Below, piece by piece: positions 52,501 to 62,507 of a stretch of DNA of 64,000 bases. Both the position numbers and the translations under genes were made by a program. Positions within the stretch are counted from its first letter, which is position 1; each line of letters begins with the position of its first letter. Below the pieces are notes generated by a model. It was not told where the DNA came from. It was given only the letters and a program-made list of their open reading frames with translations, and made no database searches. This DNA is from Catajapyx aquilonaris (taxonomy: Eukaryota), in contig KZ538432.1 in NCBI GenBank assembly GCA_000934665.2, positions 1-64,000 on the forward strand. Reading direction: 5' to 3'.

Positions 52501-55500
52501 GTGCCAATGCTAAGAGTCTTTAATTGGATTACCAACCCCGATTCGGGGATCGGGAACTGTGACCAGACCAGAATTTTCCCACCGATTCTCACCAAAAACC
52601 ACCCACGCTTTTCAACATTTTATGGCTCCCCTCCAAACATTTTGTTCATCTAAGAATGAAATCCTGCTAAGTTCTTCTACCCCCCAACCTCGCACCCCAA
52701 CAGTGCGCTATTCTTTGATGAAAGCAGCGTTTCAAGTTTCTGCAATGTTTAGTTTTCCCGGATTGTGGGAAGCTCAACTTGTCACCAAGTTTTACCCAGA
52801 CGCTCTTCGGGCCTAATTCCTCATTTCCTGGGGAAAGAAACTCGGTTCCCTTATTTTTCCACGACTTGCAGACTCGTCTCGACTTGATCCCCCCCCCCCT
52901 CCTCCCCCACTTGGCTTTTACTCTAACTTCAAGGTACCCCGATTAAATGAGATGCCCCCATTATTAGGACTCGCAAAGACAACAACTCTTATTTGTTACT
53001 CCAACCCTCAGCCACATTTCTTCATTCCTCATAGTATGAAGGACCATTTGTTTGGAGGACTCTAAGCTACACTGGACGTGCTGTGGATTTCCAAGGGAAA
53101 GGAAGTTTCTGGCCATTGTCTGCTTTAATGGGATTAAGTCCCGAATCTGGTCCTTTTTTGTGCCAATTCTCATTGCAAACACTGTAGTTGGTGAATGAAC
53201 AAGTTTGAGCCCCCTCATCTACCATGATGGAAAGTGCTGTCGTACCACTCCTCCCAAGGTTTTATTGTCACGCCACATTATTAGGCTAATGGGCCAGTAA
53301 GTTGAGGGTTCACCAACTCTACCGAAACATTCTTCGCTTGACTGTAACATCGGTTCTCTCCGAAACAGTATCCCCACTTGTATCTACTCTCCGTAATGCG
53401 CCTGAATAAATAATACCTCCATAGTATAGCGCCGAGTAATATCCGTATACCCACCCGGTCGTACGGTCAAAGATGGCGACTGGTTCGCAGATTTGGAATA
53501 TGTGTATGTGACCGGAAAACACAAGTAATCTGAATTGGCCAAGTTCCAACTTGGCAGCCATACTCTTCGGAGAAACCCAGAAGAAAGACATGGCAAAAAC
53601 ATAGTACACAAAAAATAGAGTCGTTGTTAACCTTTTTTTATCGTCGCTTTTGAATTCGAGTTGGCAGCAAATTATAGTAGGGTGCGTAGGGCAAAGTGCA
53701 ACCTGATTTAGCACCATACCTTCTAGCACTGACATCTGAATAATTAAGCTCACTTTAAGTCTTCAGATCGGATTCCAAAATCCCTTCACTCCCTCGCCAT
53801 TCCAGGACTATAATTGCGTCCTAGATCGGGTTTCACCACACGACCCGTGCCCACAACCCAAGTGCTGGAATCTACTCGTGTGCAATGTACTTACAAACAA
53901 AACGGCTTATAGTCGCAGCCAAGAGCCATGAAACGATAAGCGCCTAATCCTCGAGTCAATTAGGGTTCTGCCGCGTTATTCACAATATGATGCTGGTTCT
54001 GTAACTGGGGTCGTAAACCAGGGCTCTTCCACTCGCAGGTATACAGCCGAACCTTTTATAGGCGGGAAATCACAGCGGTTTATAGTCGCCTTCGGGGGTG
54101 TCGGTCTATTCGCGTAGACATTATGTTTTCTTTTGCTATGAATATTATGAGAAAAGTTAGCTGCACGGCAGCTCATTCATAATTTTCTGTAGTATATAGT
54201 TAGAGACTGGTGTAAAAATGTGTGCGCAGTGGCATGGTGACAATGACAACAATGTAAACACGGTGAGAGTTTACGGTGGGGCGAGATTTTTCGTGAAATA
54301 TCAGACAGAAGAGTGCTTAGGGACCTAGTCCTGACCCTGACGAATGTGTCTATAAAATTCCATCGCAAAACCCCGTGTAAAACAGGCATTATGATAATAA
54401 TATTACCACGCATCATGCGACGGCCATATATTGTTGACTAACAATGATACCAACAGTTTTGTGTCGGTGCATCTGTGTGGCTTTGGCGTGACCGCACAAA
54501 ATATTACTGTCCGTCTTGTGGACCTGCCAGGCACGTACCGTATAGCATTGCCCGATGGCTTTAGTTAGATGACTCGCTTTGCGAGGTGGGGGGGCTCCGC
54601 CCCCCCACACCCCCCCTTGGGGCTGCGCCCCAATTGGCGCGCCTTCGGCGCTATGCCCGTGTTCCGCCTAATCCATCCGGTTACAGAAATCAGTGACGTC
54701 ACCGGTAGCGATGAGGAGTTTCCGGACGTGCCCTCTCTGACGTATCGTTCAAAACAGCGCTTGGGATGACAGGTGGGACCATCTGTGACGTATCATTCCC
54801 ACGACTCCAGGTTTGAGCAGTGTAAAGCCAGGGGGTGGAGGAGAGGGGGTGGGCCATTGTTCTCCTCCTTTACGACCATCTGCGGGCAAGGCCGCTCGGG
54901 GAACCGGGGAAGTTTGCGGATATACATTAATTTCGCGATCTCGGGTTTGCGTCTACATTTAATTTCGCGATCTCGAAAACGGCTGGGAATTTTGCGATTA
55001 TGAGGATTTTTGAAAATAGGTTAGCGGGTGCAAGGAATCCAACGGCGTAAGTCCGAGGTCTGTACGACCTCGGGAAGTGGGAGATCTTTTCCATCCTATA
55101 TCCTCGTCGGATTGGGGCTTTATATATATTAGAAGACTCGCTTTGCGAGTATATTAGATATTCCTCACCACTAGTCTACTGTCCGTTTGGTGCGCTGCAA
55201 GCCAACAAATGCCATTGTGGCTTTGCCAATGTTAGGCCTATACTGTACTTTTTAATTAGAGGCAATAATGCGATATCCTGGCGCCAGAACCCGATATGTA
55301 TAATGAGCTCGGAATTGGAAATGTACCGTAGGCTACCTGGCAGTACTATACGTATACATAAGCGGACAGTGCTACTGTGCTAGCTCCTGAACCCCGGACC
55401 CGGGGGTAAGTGTTGTTGTTTTTGAACCCAGCAGCACGGGAACAGCCGAAGGGAAATTATCATAATTTTCTGTTTCACGTGGTTTTTTGCGCTCATATTT

Positions 55501-58020
55501 TATTTTCCATACTCATCAGCGCCAGAACTAGGTCCCTAACAAGTTGTACGCCTCTTCTTACAGGTAGTATATATCACTATTGCTATATTGGAATGTGATA
55601 TATTGTTGTGTGATAATAGGGGGACTGGATGATGAAGATGGTGGAGGGCCCCCATGGACTACGTCGCCACTGCTGTTCCCTATGAAAGTTAGTATACGTA
55701 TATGACACAAAAGAAGCGTATCTCGCGCCACCATCAACTACCTATTACCAATAGTAGGTCTATTACATTTTGCGGATATATTACTTTATAATGATTACTC
55801 TCGTTATTATTGAATTACATTATATTTAACATATTCAACCTCATTTCGTCTCACAATGCAGGCCCGAATGATGAGCAATCTGAGGTGGGAGACAAGTCTG
55901 GCGCAAACCAGTTTGAAGTATACTCAGGTAGCTAAATATGAAAGTGTTATTTTACTTTATATTTAAAATTTCATACCTTGAATTATTCAACTCTGGTTGT
56001 ATGAGATCACAGGTACATTACATAAGACATGACCCTTATCCTTGTGTTTAACAGCTCTCAGCAGTCAGAAAAAGATACAATAATAATTTTGCCCCGTGTG
56101 AAAATATCAGCGCCACCCTCCGCCAGGGGATCCCAAAAAGGCAGACTCCAGCCAAAATACAACAGAAAGCAAGCAAATCTGGCCCGGGCACAAGTCAGAA
56201 CTATCATTAGTTGCGGTATGTGAATTCGATAGTTATTAGTTGTTAGACTATATTATTATCTCATATTTGTACAGTTATTTTACACACAAAATTTCTCACA
56301 GGGTTATCTCCCTTTTTTATTGGAGAGAAGGCCACGCTTCAAAGGAAGGTCAAGAAGGATTAAAGTCAACCTTCAACTTGTTGAATGATTTAATAGTACT
56401 TAAATGTTTTCTGTTACATAATTGTTCGTGAACAAGTAAACTGAATCATCGGCTTGTGGCGTTATAGTTTTTTTATCAACTCAATCGATCTCAATCGCGA
56501 TTAAAGCGCGCTCCATCGTTTGAAAAGTTCACTACAGTATGTGGTCCATAAATGCTGGCTGGAACTTCAACACCGATCTAATCTGGGTAGGTGCCTGATT
56601 ACGACGTAATATTCTTTGCCCTTCTGGCATGAGGAAAAGTAGGTACAGTATAACTTACATGAAGGCCAACCACACTTTCTAGCCACGCCAGCGCCATCCT
56701 AATCCCGTTCTGACGCTGTCATATCCACAGAAGGTTGCAATAGAAGCCTTCGATACGATGCGGCACAATAATTATATCAGAACTTGCTATGTATACAGCA
56801 TACATCGAAGGTGGAAGGTGCATCGTTTTGCACATGACCACTTGAATCATTCAATTCGGACTAAAAGGGCGCTTTAGACTTTTCTACATCAAAAGGATTT
56901 GGCTACTTCATGATGCTGAGGTAGGCTACTGTATACAGCACATTCGTAGGTTTGCATTTGACTTGCATGTTTTTTCCTATACTGTATTGTGTGACGGGAT
57001 CCTGGTTAGGTAGGGCATGGTCACCCCTCTGCAATCGTCTGTGCCACAAAATATAGCAGCATATTCAATAAACTGCCACAGACGAGTCGGTTTGGCCAAT
57101 GTGATGAACAAGCGTCCCAGAGTGACGGTTAGACAATAATAATACAATGGTATTAATTAATTAATGAAAAATTAATTACAACTAATTATCTCCAAATCAA
57201 AATCAAATCCATTTTTCCCATATAAAATAATTGAAAGTGAATTTATCCGTTTCTGGACCGTACATAATATCCATTTCGATAAACTTAAACAGCAAATACA
57301 CATAATTTAAGGAAACCCTAACAGGATTAAATGCCCTAAACAAATTAAAACATGAAAACAATAAAATACATAAATATTGTATAATAAAATGAAAATTGCA
57401 ATTATTGTGCAAGTGAGGAATGGTGATGTCTGTGTGGCTGGTGTATCATGCAGGTAGAGAACGGTTACTGTATACATCACATTCGCAGGTGCCATGTGAA
57501 GCGCTTCCATGTTGGCAAAACAGTAGCATCATTGGCCTATCACTGGGTTATACCTTTGATAATAATACAACTGTCGTGTTAACTAGCCATTTGTAGAATC
57601 CAGCTCGCTAGCTAGTCCTATAAACATCTGCAATCATTGCCTGCATGAAGCATAGTCCAACACCTATATCCTAAGAAATCCGTGCCAAAATTTCGTGCTG
57701 CCCGTTAGGCTACCTTAGATGTTCCCATACAATGGCCCCAAGGGACCAAACCCTGCATGAAGTGTGCGGAATGGGTAGGGGGATAGGGATCCCCCACAGA
57801 CTCATAAGGGAATTGCATAGACGCTTAGGGGAGTGTTCCTTTCTGGACAGAGCCAATATTTGTGCACCTGGAAGCACGCTGCACGCAGGTGTGTTTTCTC
57901 ACACTTTGCTACTCACATTTCTTGGAGGCATCCGAAGAAAAAGCTGCCCACTAATGAACCCAGGCCGAAAAGGGCCAGAACCAACGTTGGGTAGAAATCC
58001 CGGTCGCACACCAAGTCCCA
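14852..58020 (-). CDS. SLC22-family (MFS) organic cation/solute transporter, carcinine-transporter-like; spliced, 5'-partial in this window
   Basis: Hand-spliced exons: 58020-57917, 35673-35519, 31518-31350, 25985-25859, 16498-16144, 16077-15905, 15370-15210, 15131-15078, 15026-14852. All are GT-AG and phase-compatible (~490 aa). SLC22 motifs: WDLVCD, IGRRP, ELVGPSYR, WRQLAL, LPESPRWL, LLLPES. The last two exons are less certain. Confidence 0.93.
15210..15370 (-). CDS. SLC22 exon: GTEVLVLPLSVMGLIQLLGALFVLLLPESTSHNQRHIATEEGHTFGKHADMLD (TM12)
   Basis: ttacag| acceptor; LLLPE.. and EE..FGK motifs. The donor (GTCAAC) is weak; if unspliced the frame runs to a TGA at 15173-15175. Confidence 0.82.
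15905..16077 (-). CDS. SLC22 exon (173 nt): AVMILLCTSKMTIAGCWAAVQLLAAHTYPVVLKHIGIAFSSAVASAGPIITHTLNYF (TM10-11)
   Basis: cag| acceptor (an alternative in-frame aag gives a start at 16083), |gtgagt donor; phase 1 to 0. Confidence 0.85.
16144..16498 (-). CDS. SLC22 exon (355 nt): RRYQVERYVEAKEKERN...RRKTVVVTWAWLTCVSVYVGLCFY...ATLFVA (TM7-9)
   Basis: ttatag| acceptor, |gtatga donor; overlaps ORF 16133-16486; phase 0 to 1. Confidence 0.9.
22981..23709. mobile_element. piggyBac-like foldback MITE (~730 bp, almost fully palindromic), TTAA TSD
   Basis: ttaa|cc..ccagctaggccgaaaacgc ... gcgttttcggcctagctgg..gg|ttaa; the arms match over ~330 bp. Confidence 0.88.
24061..24722 (-). mobile_element. tRNA-derived SINE family B, interrupted by SINE A
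   Basis: 13-bp TSD ctccagtgacttt (24048-24060 / 24723-24735); A box tggtctaatgg, B box ggttcaaatccc; (acaaact)n tail. Confidence 0.85.
24097..24445 (+). mobile_element. tRNA-derived SINE family A, copy 1
   Basis: A box tggccgagatgg, B box ggttcgatccc, A-rich tail, TSD aataccccgtgatag (24083-24097 / 24446-24460); second copy at 49599. Confidence 0.88.
25859..25985 (-). CDS. SLC22 exon (127 nt): VLPESPRWLLAHGNFEEAEKVIKTMARVNGKPLRANYMVFLK
   Basis: PESPRWL signature; cccag| acceptor, |gtgaga donor; phase 2 to 0. Confidence 0.95.
27986..29137. mobile_element. CACTA/CMC-like foldback element (~1.15 kb, ~480-bp arms)
   Basis: tta|CACTA ... TAGTG|tta (3-bp TSD); long inverted arms, e.g. gtccatgggaattcatcgtcatattcgtgt / acacgaatatgacgatgaatttccatggac. 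Confidence 0.8.
31350..31518 (-). CDS. SLC22 exon (169 nt): NELVGPSYRSLCTLMACVSNSLCLATLAGVVYLVREWRQLALATALPFLAFFLYW
   Basis: ttttcag| acceptor, |gtgagt donor; ELVGP..R and WR.L motifs; phase 1 to 2. Confidence 0.93.
34388..34680 (-). mobile_element. Possible Penelope-like retroelement fossil (linker after RT)
   Basis: LIITYHPSYQT..IKWNF.....FQKLF...PSVGY resembles the PLE motif P-L-V-x-T-Y-H-P...F...P-x-V-x-Y; pattern recognition only. Confidence 0.35.
35519..35673 (-). CDS. SLC22 exon (155 nt): IGRRPCFFVCLLVQCGFGVATAFARDLPTWTFFRLGVALTFPSIVLPILVL
   Basis: tggcag| acceptor, |gtgagt donor; MFS motif A (GRR), TM3-4; phase 2 to 1. Confidence 0.93.
35828..35995 (+). mobile_element. V-SINE-like element (tRNA head plus V-domain-like core)
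   Basis: ggcagcacggtggtgtagtggtta...gagttcgatccc, then gagttt..gttctctccgtgttcgcgtgggttttctcggggttctcccgtttcccc. Confidence 0.65.
38127..38497 (+). mobile_element. tRNA-derived SINE family C, copy 1, with a (TTA)n/(TTC)n tail
   Basis: A box tggcatagtgg, B box ggttcgaatccc; TSD aactctccc(t)tagtc (38112-38126 / 38498-38511). Confidence 0.88.
38667..38808. mobile_element. ~140-bp hairpin MITE family M1, copy 1, TA TSD
   Basis: ta|ctatcgggttcaaatacttttggccactttatcctgg ... ccaggataaagtggccaaaagtatttgaacccgatag|ta. Confidence 0.88.
40190..40411. mobile_element. MITE with an internal inverted CCAAT pair
   Basis: ta|cagcctaacttctcaaaaag ... ctttttgagaagttaggatg; internal ctgattgg ... ccaatcag flanking gggcgggg. 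Confidence 0.6.
41751..42353. mobile_element. pogo/Tigger-like non-autonomous element, TA TSD
   Basis: ta|cagtaagacttatataagtcgaa ... ttcgacttatatcagttttactg|ta; repeated subterminal (ct)taa(c/g)tcgaag motifs. Confidence 0.8.
42876..43026. mobile_element. Hairpin MITE family M1, copy 2
   Basis: Shares ccactttatcctggtctt..aacccttcgcacag..(gt)n gaaggg..caggataaagtgg with 38667; TA flanks. Confidence 0.85.
44790..45042 (-). mobile_element. SINE family B-related copy
   Basis: tggtctagtgg A box, ggtttcaaatccc B box; body cccgacgtgtccgggcagatttgtactcccttctc matches 24560-24600. Confidence 0.75.
45326..45402 (+). repeat. 13-14-bp tandem repeat (ggggggcaaaaaga)n, ~5.5 copies
   Basis: Directly visible. 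Confidence 0.9.
45990..46049. repeat. (CT)n microsatellite
   Basis: Directly visible. Confidence 0.95.
46096..46227. mobile_element. Hairpin MITE family M1, copy 3
   Basis: ta|caatctgtct ... agacagattg|ta with the M1 core. Confidence 0.82.
49461..49535. repeat. (TTA)n microsatellite
   Basis: Directly visible. Confidence 0.95.
49599..49960 (+). mobile_element. SINE family A, copy 2
   Basis: Colinear with 24097-24445; ends tatcacggggta plus an A-rich tail. Confidence 0.88.
50889..51013. mobile_element. PIF/Harbinger (Tourist-like) MITE, TAA TSD
   Basis: taa|gggccggtttcaccgagct ... agctcggtgaaaccggccc|taa. Confidence 0.88.
54565..55158 (-). mobile_element. Non-autonomous Helitron-like element
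   Basis: On the minus strand: A|TCTAATATA.. 5' end; 3' hairpin CTCGCAAAGCGAG then TCAT-CTAA (CTRR); internal duplicated taatttcgcgatctcg unit; no TIR or TSD. Confidence 0.6.
57917..58020 (-). CDS. SLC22 exon (104 nt): WDLVCDRDFYPTLVLALFGLGSLVGSFFFGCLQE
   Basis: ttccag| acceptor, |gtgagt donor; WDLVC signature plus TM2; phase 0 to 2. Confidence 0.93.
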
Positions 58021-58197
58021 CTGGAAATCAAGCAAAGAAGAGTCAATTACATGATTATGGCTCAACTCAGTGCGTCGGAAAGACTAACGAGTAACGACTA
58101 TTCTCGCAGTATAGGTAAAGAAATGGGGCTCTGCGAATACTCCTTGTAGAATAAGACATTGGAAAGAGCGCGAAATGGCAAAAATGGCGAAAATGTT

Positions 58198-58488
58198 TGT
58201 TTGTTTGTTTGTTTGTTTGTTTTGTTTTTATACCCCGTTGGGAGAATCGGCGCTCCATTAGAGGGGTGGAATACCACCATTGGATGAGGGCAAGGATAGG
58301 GAAGGAAGGAAGCGGCTGTGGCCTGTTACGTGGAAGCGACCCCGGAATTATCCTGGGGGGGGGGGNNNNNNNNNNNNNGAAAACCATGCAGAAAACCACG
58401 GTTAGGATCGCCGGCCCCGGGAATCGAACCCAGGACCTCCCGATTAGCGGTCTGTCTCCTTAACCCCTACACCAACCTGCTTCGGTAC
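58198..58488 (-). mobile_element. SINE family C, copy 2, (AAAC)n tail; contains an assembly N-gap
   Basis: 15-bp TSD aatggcgaaaatgtt (58183-58197 / 58489-58503); head and core match 38127. Confidence 0.88.
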
Positions 58489-58754
58489 AATGGCGAAAAT
58501 GTTGCAACAGCAACAAAAGCTCTATATGGCGAATGCGTTAGTTATATTTTCTTTGTTTATTTATTTATTAGATTATTATATACAATGGACCTACGTGTAA
58601 GCATTATTTCTCCCTTCTTTTACCACTTCTGGGCTGACATTTCACAATATTTGGATATTGACTGCTCAGACAAAGGGGCAATTGTGGGAGCTGCCATAGG
58701 GTAGGTCAGACACTATGAAATAATCGTCATGAAACAAATCAGCAGTCACAAGAA

Positions 58755-59340
58755 CAGGGTGTAATTTACATTTCTAGAAATTTATTGTGGATGAAAATTA
58801 AACATTACATCCTGAGAGCTTCTCACTGCCCTAGTGAACATGTTTCGCCTCGTGTTCGTAGCCTACCATGTTAGATGCGAAGCAGACCCGTGCCATTTGG
58901 TCATTTGGGGTCTATCTGCATGCATGAGCTCGGCCAAAGAGCAAGCTTCCCTCCTCCTGCCTCTAACCTTTGCGACTATGCATGCGAGAAAGCTGTTAGG
59001 GTCGCAGATGGACTCTGTCCGAACACTTTCCTTACCCTTCCCATGCCCGCAACTGCACATTATCACACACATCCTTCCCTCAAATATTCAGCCCGTTTGC
59101 ATTTTACGCTCCTGTAAGTCCATCAACCTACTGGACGTAAATGGCCTAGTCATTAAGTTATTTCCAGCAGTGCCACCTCAAGTCCCAGAAAAAGAGATAG
59201 GAAAAATGGCGCATGTGTGGAAGATCGGGCCATAAGATATTCATGTCGTCCTGTAGCACACTGGCAGGGCAGCATGTCTGCTGTGGACTGTCCCCATCCT
59301 CCACCACCACCATCCCCTCCCTAAATCCCTCTAGCGCCCC
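58755..59340 (-). mobile_element. Possible heavily decayed Tc1/mariner transposase 3' part
   Basis: EDG...WPDL.....FFW and RP..S.LMDLQER echo QDGA..WP..SPDL.P.DFFLW..L.DL..RI; cagggtgt TIR-like end at ~58755. Confidence 0.35.
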
Positions 59341-60026
59341 CAACTCTGGTGCACATGAAATCTGCTGAGGCTACGCCACATTGATTTCTTTATGAGCCTC
59401 GGAACCATTTTTTGAGCCTGGCTTGTTTGCACATATATGCTACTGGCTAATTTCGTCGCGCACACATGATACTTTGAACACTGCGGGCTGGAAAGTCTAC
59501 ATTTGCCATTTTTTTATGATAATAAGATTTTATTACCTAGGGCAATCACTGCAGGCCGGACAAATTTTTGTTCTGTTCATAATACCGCCGGAAACAGGCG
59601 ACTAGTACTGCATCATGGCTATATACAGGGGAATCTATGAATTACTATGATCCATGCGTGTCCAGGAATATGTCCAGTCCACCCTACAGTACAATACAAC
59701 CTCTCCACGTTTAAAGTTGGACGGTATAGCTTCGAGGGATTGTGTGGTTGGAGGTATAGGGAGGGATGTGTGTGGAAGCTTACAGGTTTTGGCCGCTTTC
59801 TAGGGATTTATAGGGAAAACGGAGTTGATCAGAAGATAAGACTGCGGGATGTTTCCTATCCTAAATGTGGCCGGGAAAATATTTCCTGGTGTCCTCCTCC
59901 CTAAATGTAAATATCACAGGCCAGGTGACGCCAATTGCTTATTTTATGAAAAGGATTTCTTATCATTTTGCGAATGCCAGATTCGCAGAAATAAAGGATG
60001 TGTGGCACATTTATAATTCCATGCAG

Positions 60027-60183
60027 AATCATTAAGAAGTCCTGACCGGCCAAGGAGTCAATCATTAAGAAGTCCTGACCGGCCAAGGAGTCAATCAGAA
60101 GTCCTGACCGGCCAAGGAGTCAATCATTAAGAAGTCCTGACCGGCCAAGGAGTCAATCAGAAGTCCTGACCGGCCAAGGAGTC
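60027..60183 (+). repeat. Minisatellite of five 33/29-bp units (aatca[ttaa]gaagtcctgaccggccaaggagtc)
   Basis: Directly visible; order long-long-short-long-short. Confidence 0.95.
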
Positions 60184-62399
60184 AAATGTAATTTAAATAC
60201 TACAGTACATAATTAATATCAGGCAGCCATACCAGACAATATACCAAATGTGGGCTCTGCTGTGAAGTGATCGATTGGAAATTTTTTGCAAAATATTAAC
60301 TATTTTAATATAATTTAGCATGGATTAAACACCGCATTTGGTTGTTATTTATCTTCACGGCGTTAGTAGTCCTGCGGTGACAGAAGTATAGTGTTGTACT
60401 GTACTGTACAGTACGTTAACCTGGAGGGATATTCTGCAGACCTTAAATAACACTATTGAAGAGGTGACAAATAATATCTAGCAATATTATGCATTAATTC
60501 ATCAAAACTAGTTAGAGTATACGTTTCCTGCAGCATTTTCTAGAAACTATTTTTGAGCTTTTTTGAAAATGTAATGTAGGGAATTATAAAACGCTTTAAT
60601 TTTTGGTCCATTGTTTTGTCCGTATAAGCAACGAGGTGACAAAAAAATCTCGCAAAATATTGCACGGATTTCATCAGGCAAAGTCTGTTACACACCTTGG
60701 CACATTTCCACGGTACTGTTAGTTTTAGTTTTGAAATCCAATTTTACATCACATTATCGTCAGAAACTGTTATTTTTTATTTTTTTTACAAAATTAGGGG
60801 TTTACATCACATTATCGTCAGTTAAAGAGGACCTTCCCATATATGGCCCGTCCCGCTGATTTAACAGTATCAGGAACATTAAATTATTCGTATAGTAGCA
60901 ACAGAATTGGCTGTAAATGTCTCACTTGGAAGAAATACACTTGCGAAATCCATATACTACGAGAAAATACTTCTGTATGGATTAGTCCATGGGTTACTCT
61001 TCATCTGATAGCTTCTGTCATAAAATATAAATCTTGACTCCCTTGATGATCAAAGTTTGGTTCATCGATAAAAATGCTTTGACGTTCGGTGCATTTTGTT
61101 CCCTTTCTCCCTTCAACTATACCTTTCATATGTGTGTGTGTTTTTCGTAGGCACTATATAATTACAGGTTCTTTCATAAGGTAGGGGACACCATTTTAAA
61201 TCTGTCTCTCACCCAGGAATTCCACTGATTGGAGGGTGCGCTATATTGAGTCTGAAAATGTCTGTAATAAAAACAAAAACGTATAGCATTGCTCTGTGTG
61301 CCAGATGCCGGATTAAATACCTGTCCTGCAGCAACCATCCATGTCAGCAACTATTGGAATTCATGATGCGATTTTTTATGTAACCAATAATACTAAGAAG
61401 TCAATCCGGCGGATTTGATTAATACTGTGTCATACCAGATTTCATATGCAATATCTTAATTCTTTAATTTAAAGATGAAGTGATGCCCAAATTAATGATC
61501 ATTATTACCCGGAAGTGATGCAATAGAATACATGACAATGTGTATACCATTACCGTGACTATAGAATATAAACTCACCTATAACGGTGAGGTGCTTGATA
61601 TGGGCATATCGCCTTTAATTCAGAAGCAGAATCGCACTACAAATTAAGTCAAACTATTGTGAATTATTTTGTTATATGCCTTGTGTCATCTGCCCAAGTT
61701 GACGATCCGAAGATGGTAGAGGGAGTTTATGGATTAGTTATACCCACTCTGCTTTCTAATTCCACTCCAGACTCCAGACTCGAAACGAGGTTTGGGTCTT
61801 CCTTTACTTTTAAAAAAAGCCGCCGACTTCGTTTATATCGCCAGGGGCGATTAATCCATCAACCCACCTTCACACCAGCATCATCAACTTGGGCAGAGGA
61901 ACACCCTGTATATTGCAAAATGTTTAATGAAAACCCCTCTGAAACTAGCAAATTAAACATGATATTGCCTCATTACAAAAACAAATCAAATCAATAATAG
62001 AATCCTTTGTCTGATATAAATGTTGTTTGTGAATGCGCAACACTGTGTATTGTATTTGTACACTAAACCCGACAAAAATTTAGTTTCACTCAGTGCTTTT
62101 TCGCATCCAACTTGCCACTGTTGAGCGGTCCCGCTGATTAGTCGCCTGACCACGCACAAATCAGGGTGACACTGAACCACTCAAAAAAATAATTCGGTTA
62201 GTAGCCAGTAATGCTGTGCCCTACACGTTCACAGACACCGTGGGACAGGCTCAACAGTGCTATAGCATAGCATGACATTGCAAAGGCAATCCTGGTCAAA
62301 CGTGCTATCTGGTGCTATCTGTTTCAAAAGCAAGAAAGGTAACTCCCACCAGGTATGATGCACAGGTGAACAATCCTATCTGACGCCATTGTACTATCA

Positions 62400-62507
62400 G
62401 TCCAACAAGAATTGTCGCAGCGGCAGCGCACGAACTACAATCTACGAGCACAGGTATACGAGAGACTGTAGTTCGTGCGCTGCCGCTTGCGACAATTCTT
62501 GTTGGAC
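62400..62507. mobile_element. ~108-bp hairpin/MITE
   Basis: gtccaacaagaattgtcgcagcggcagcgcacgaactaca ... tgtagttcgtgcgctgccgcttgcgacaattcttgttggac. Confidence 0.75.

Noticed and set aside
60027..60183. CRISPR-like array
   Set aside because: No unique spacers, eukaryotic context and no cas genes
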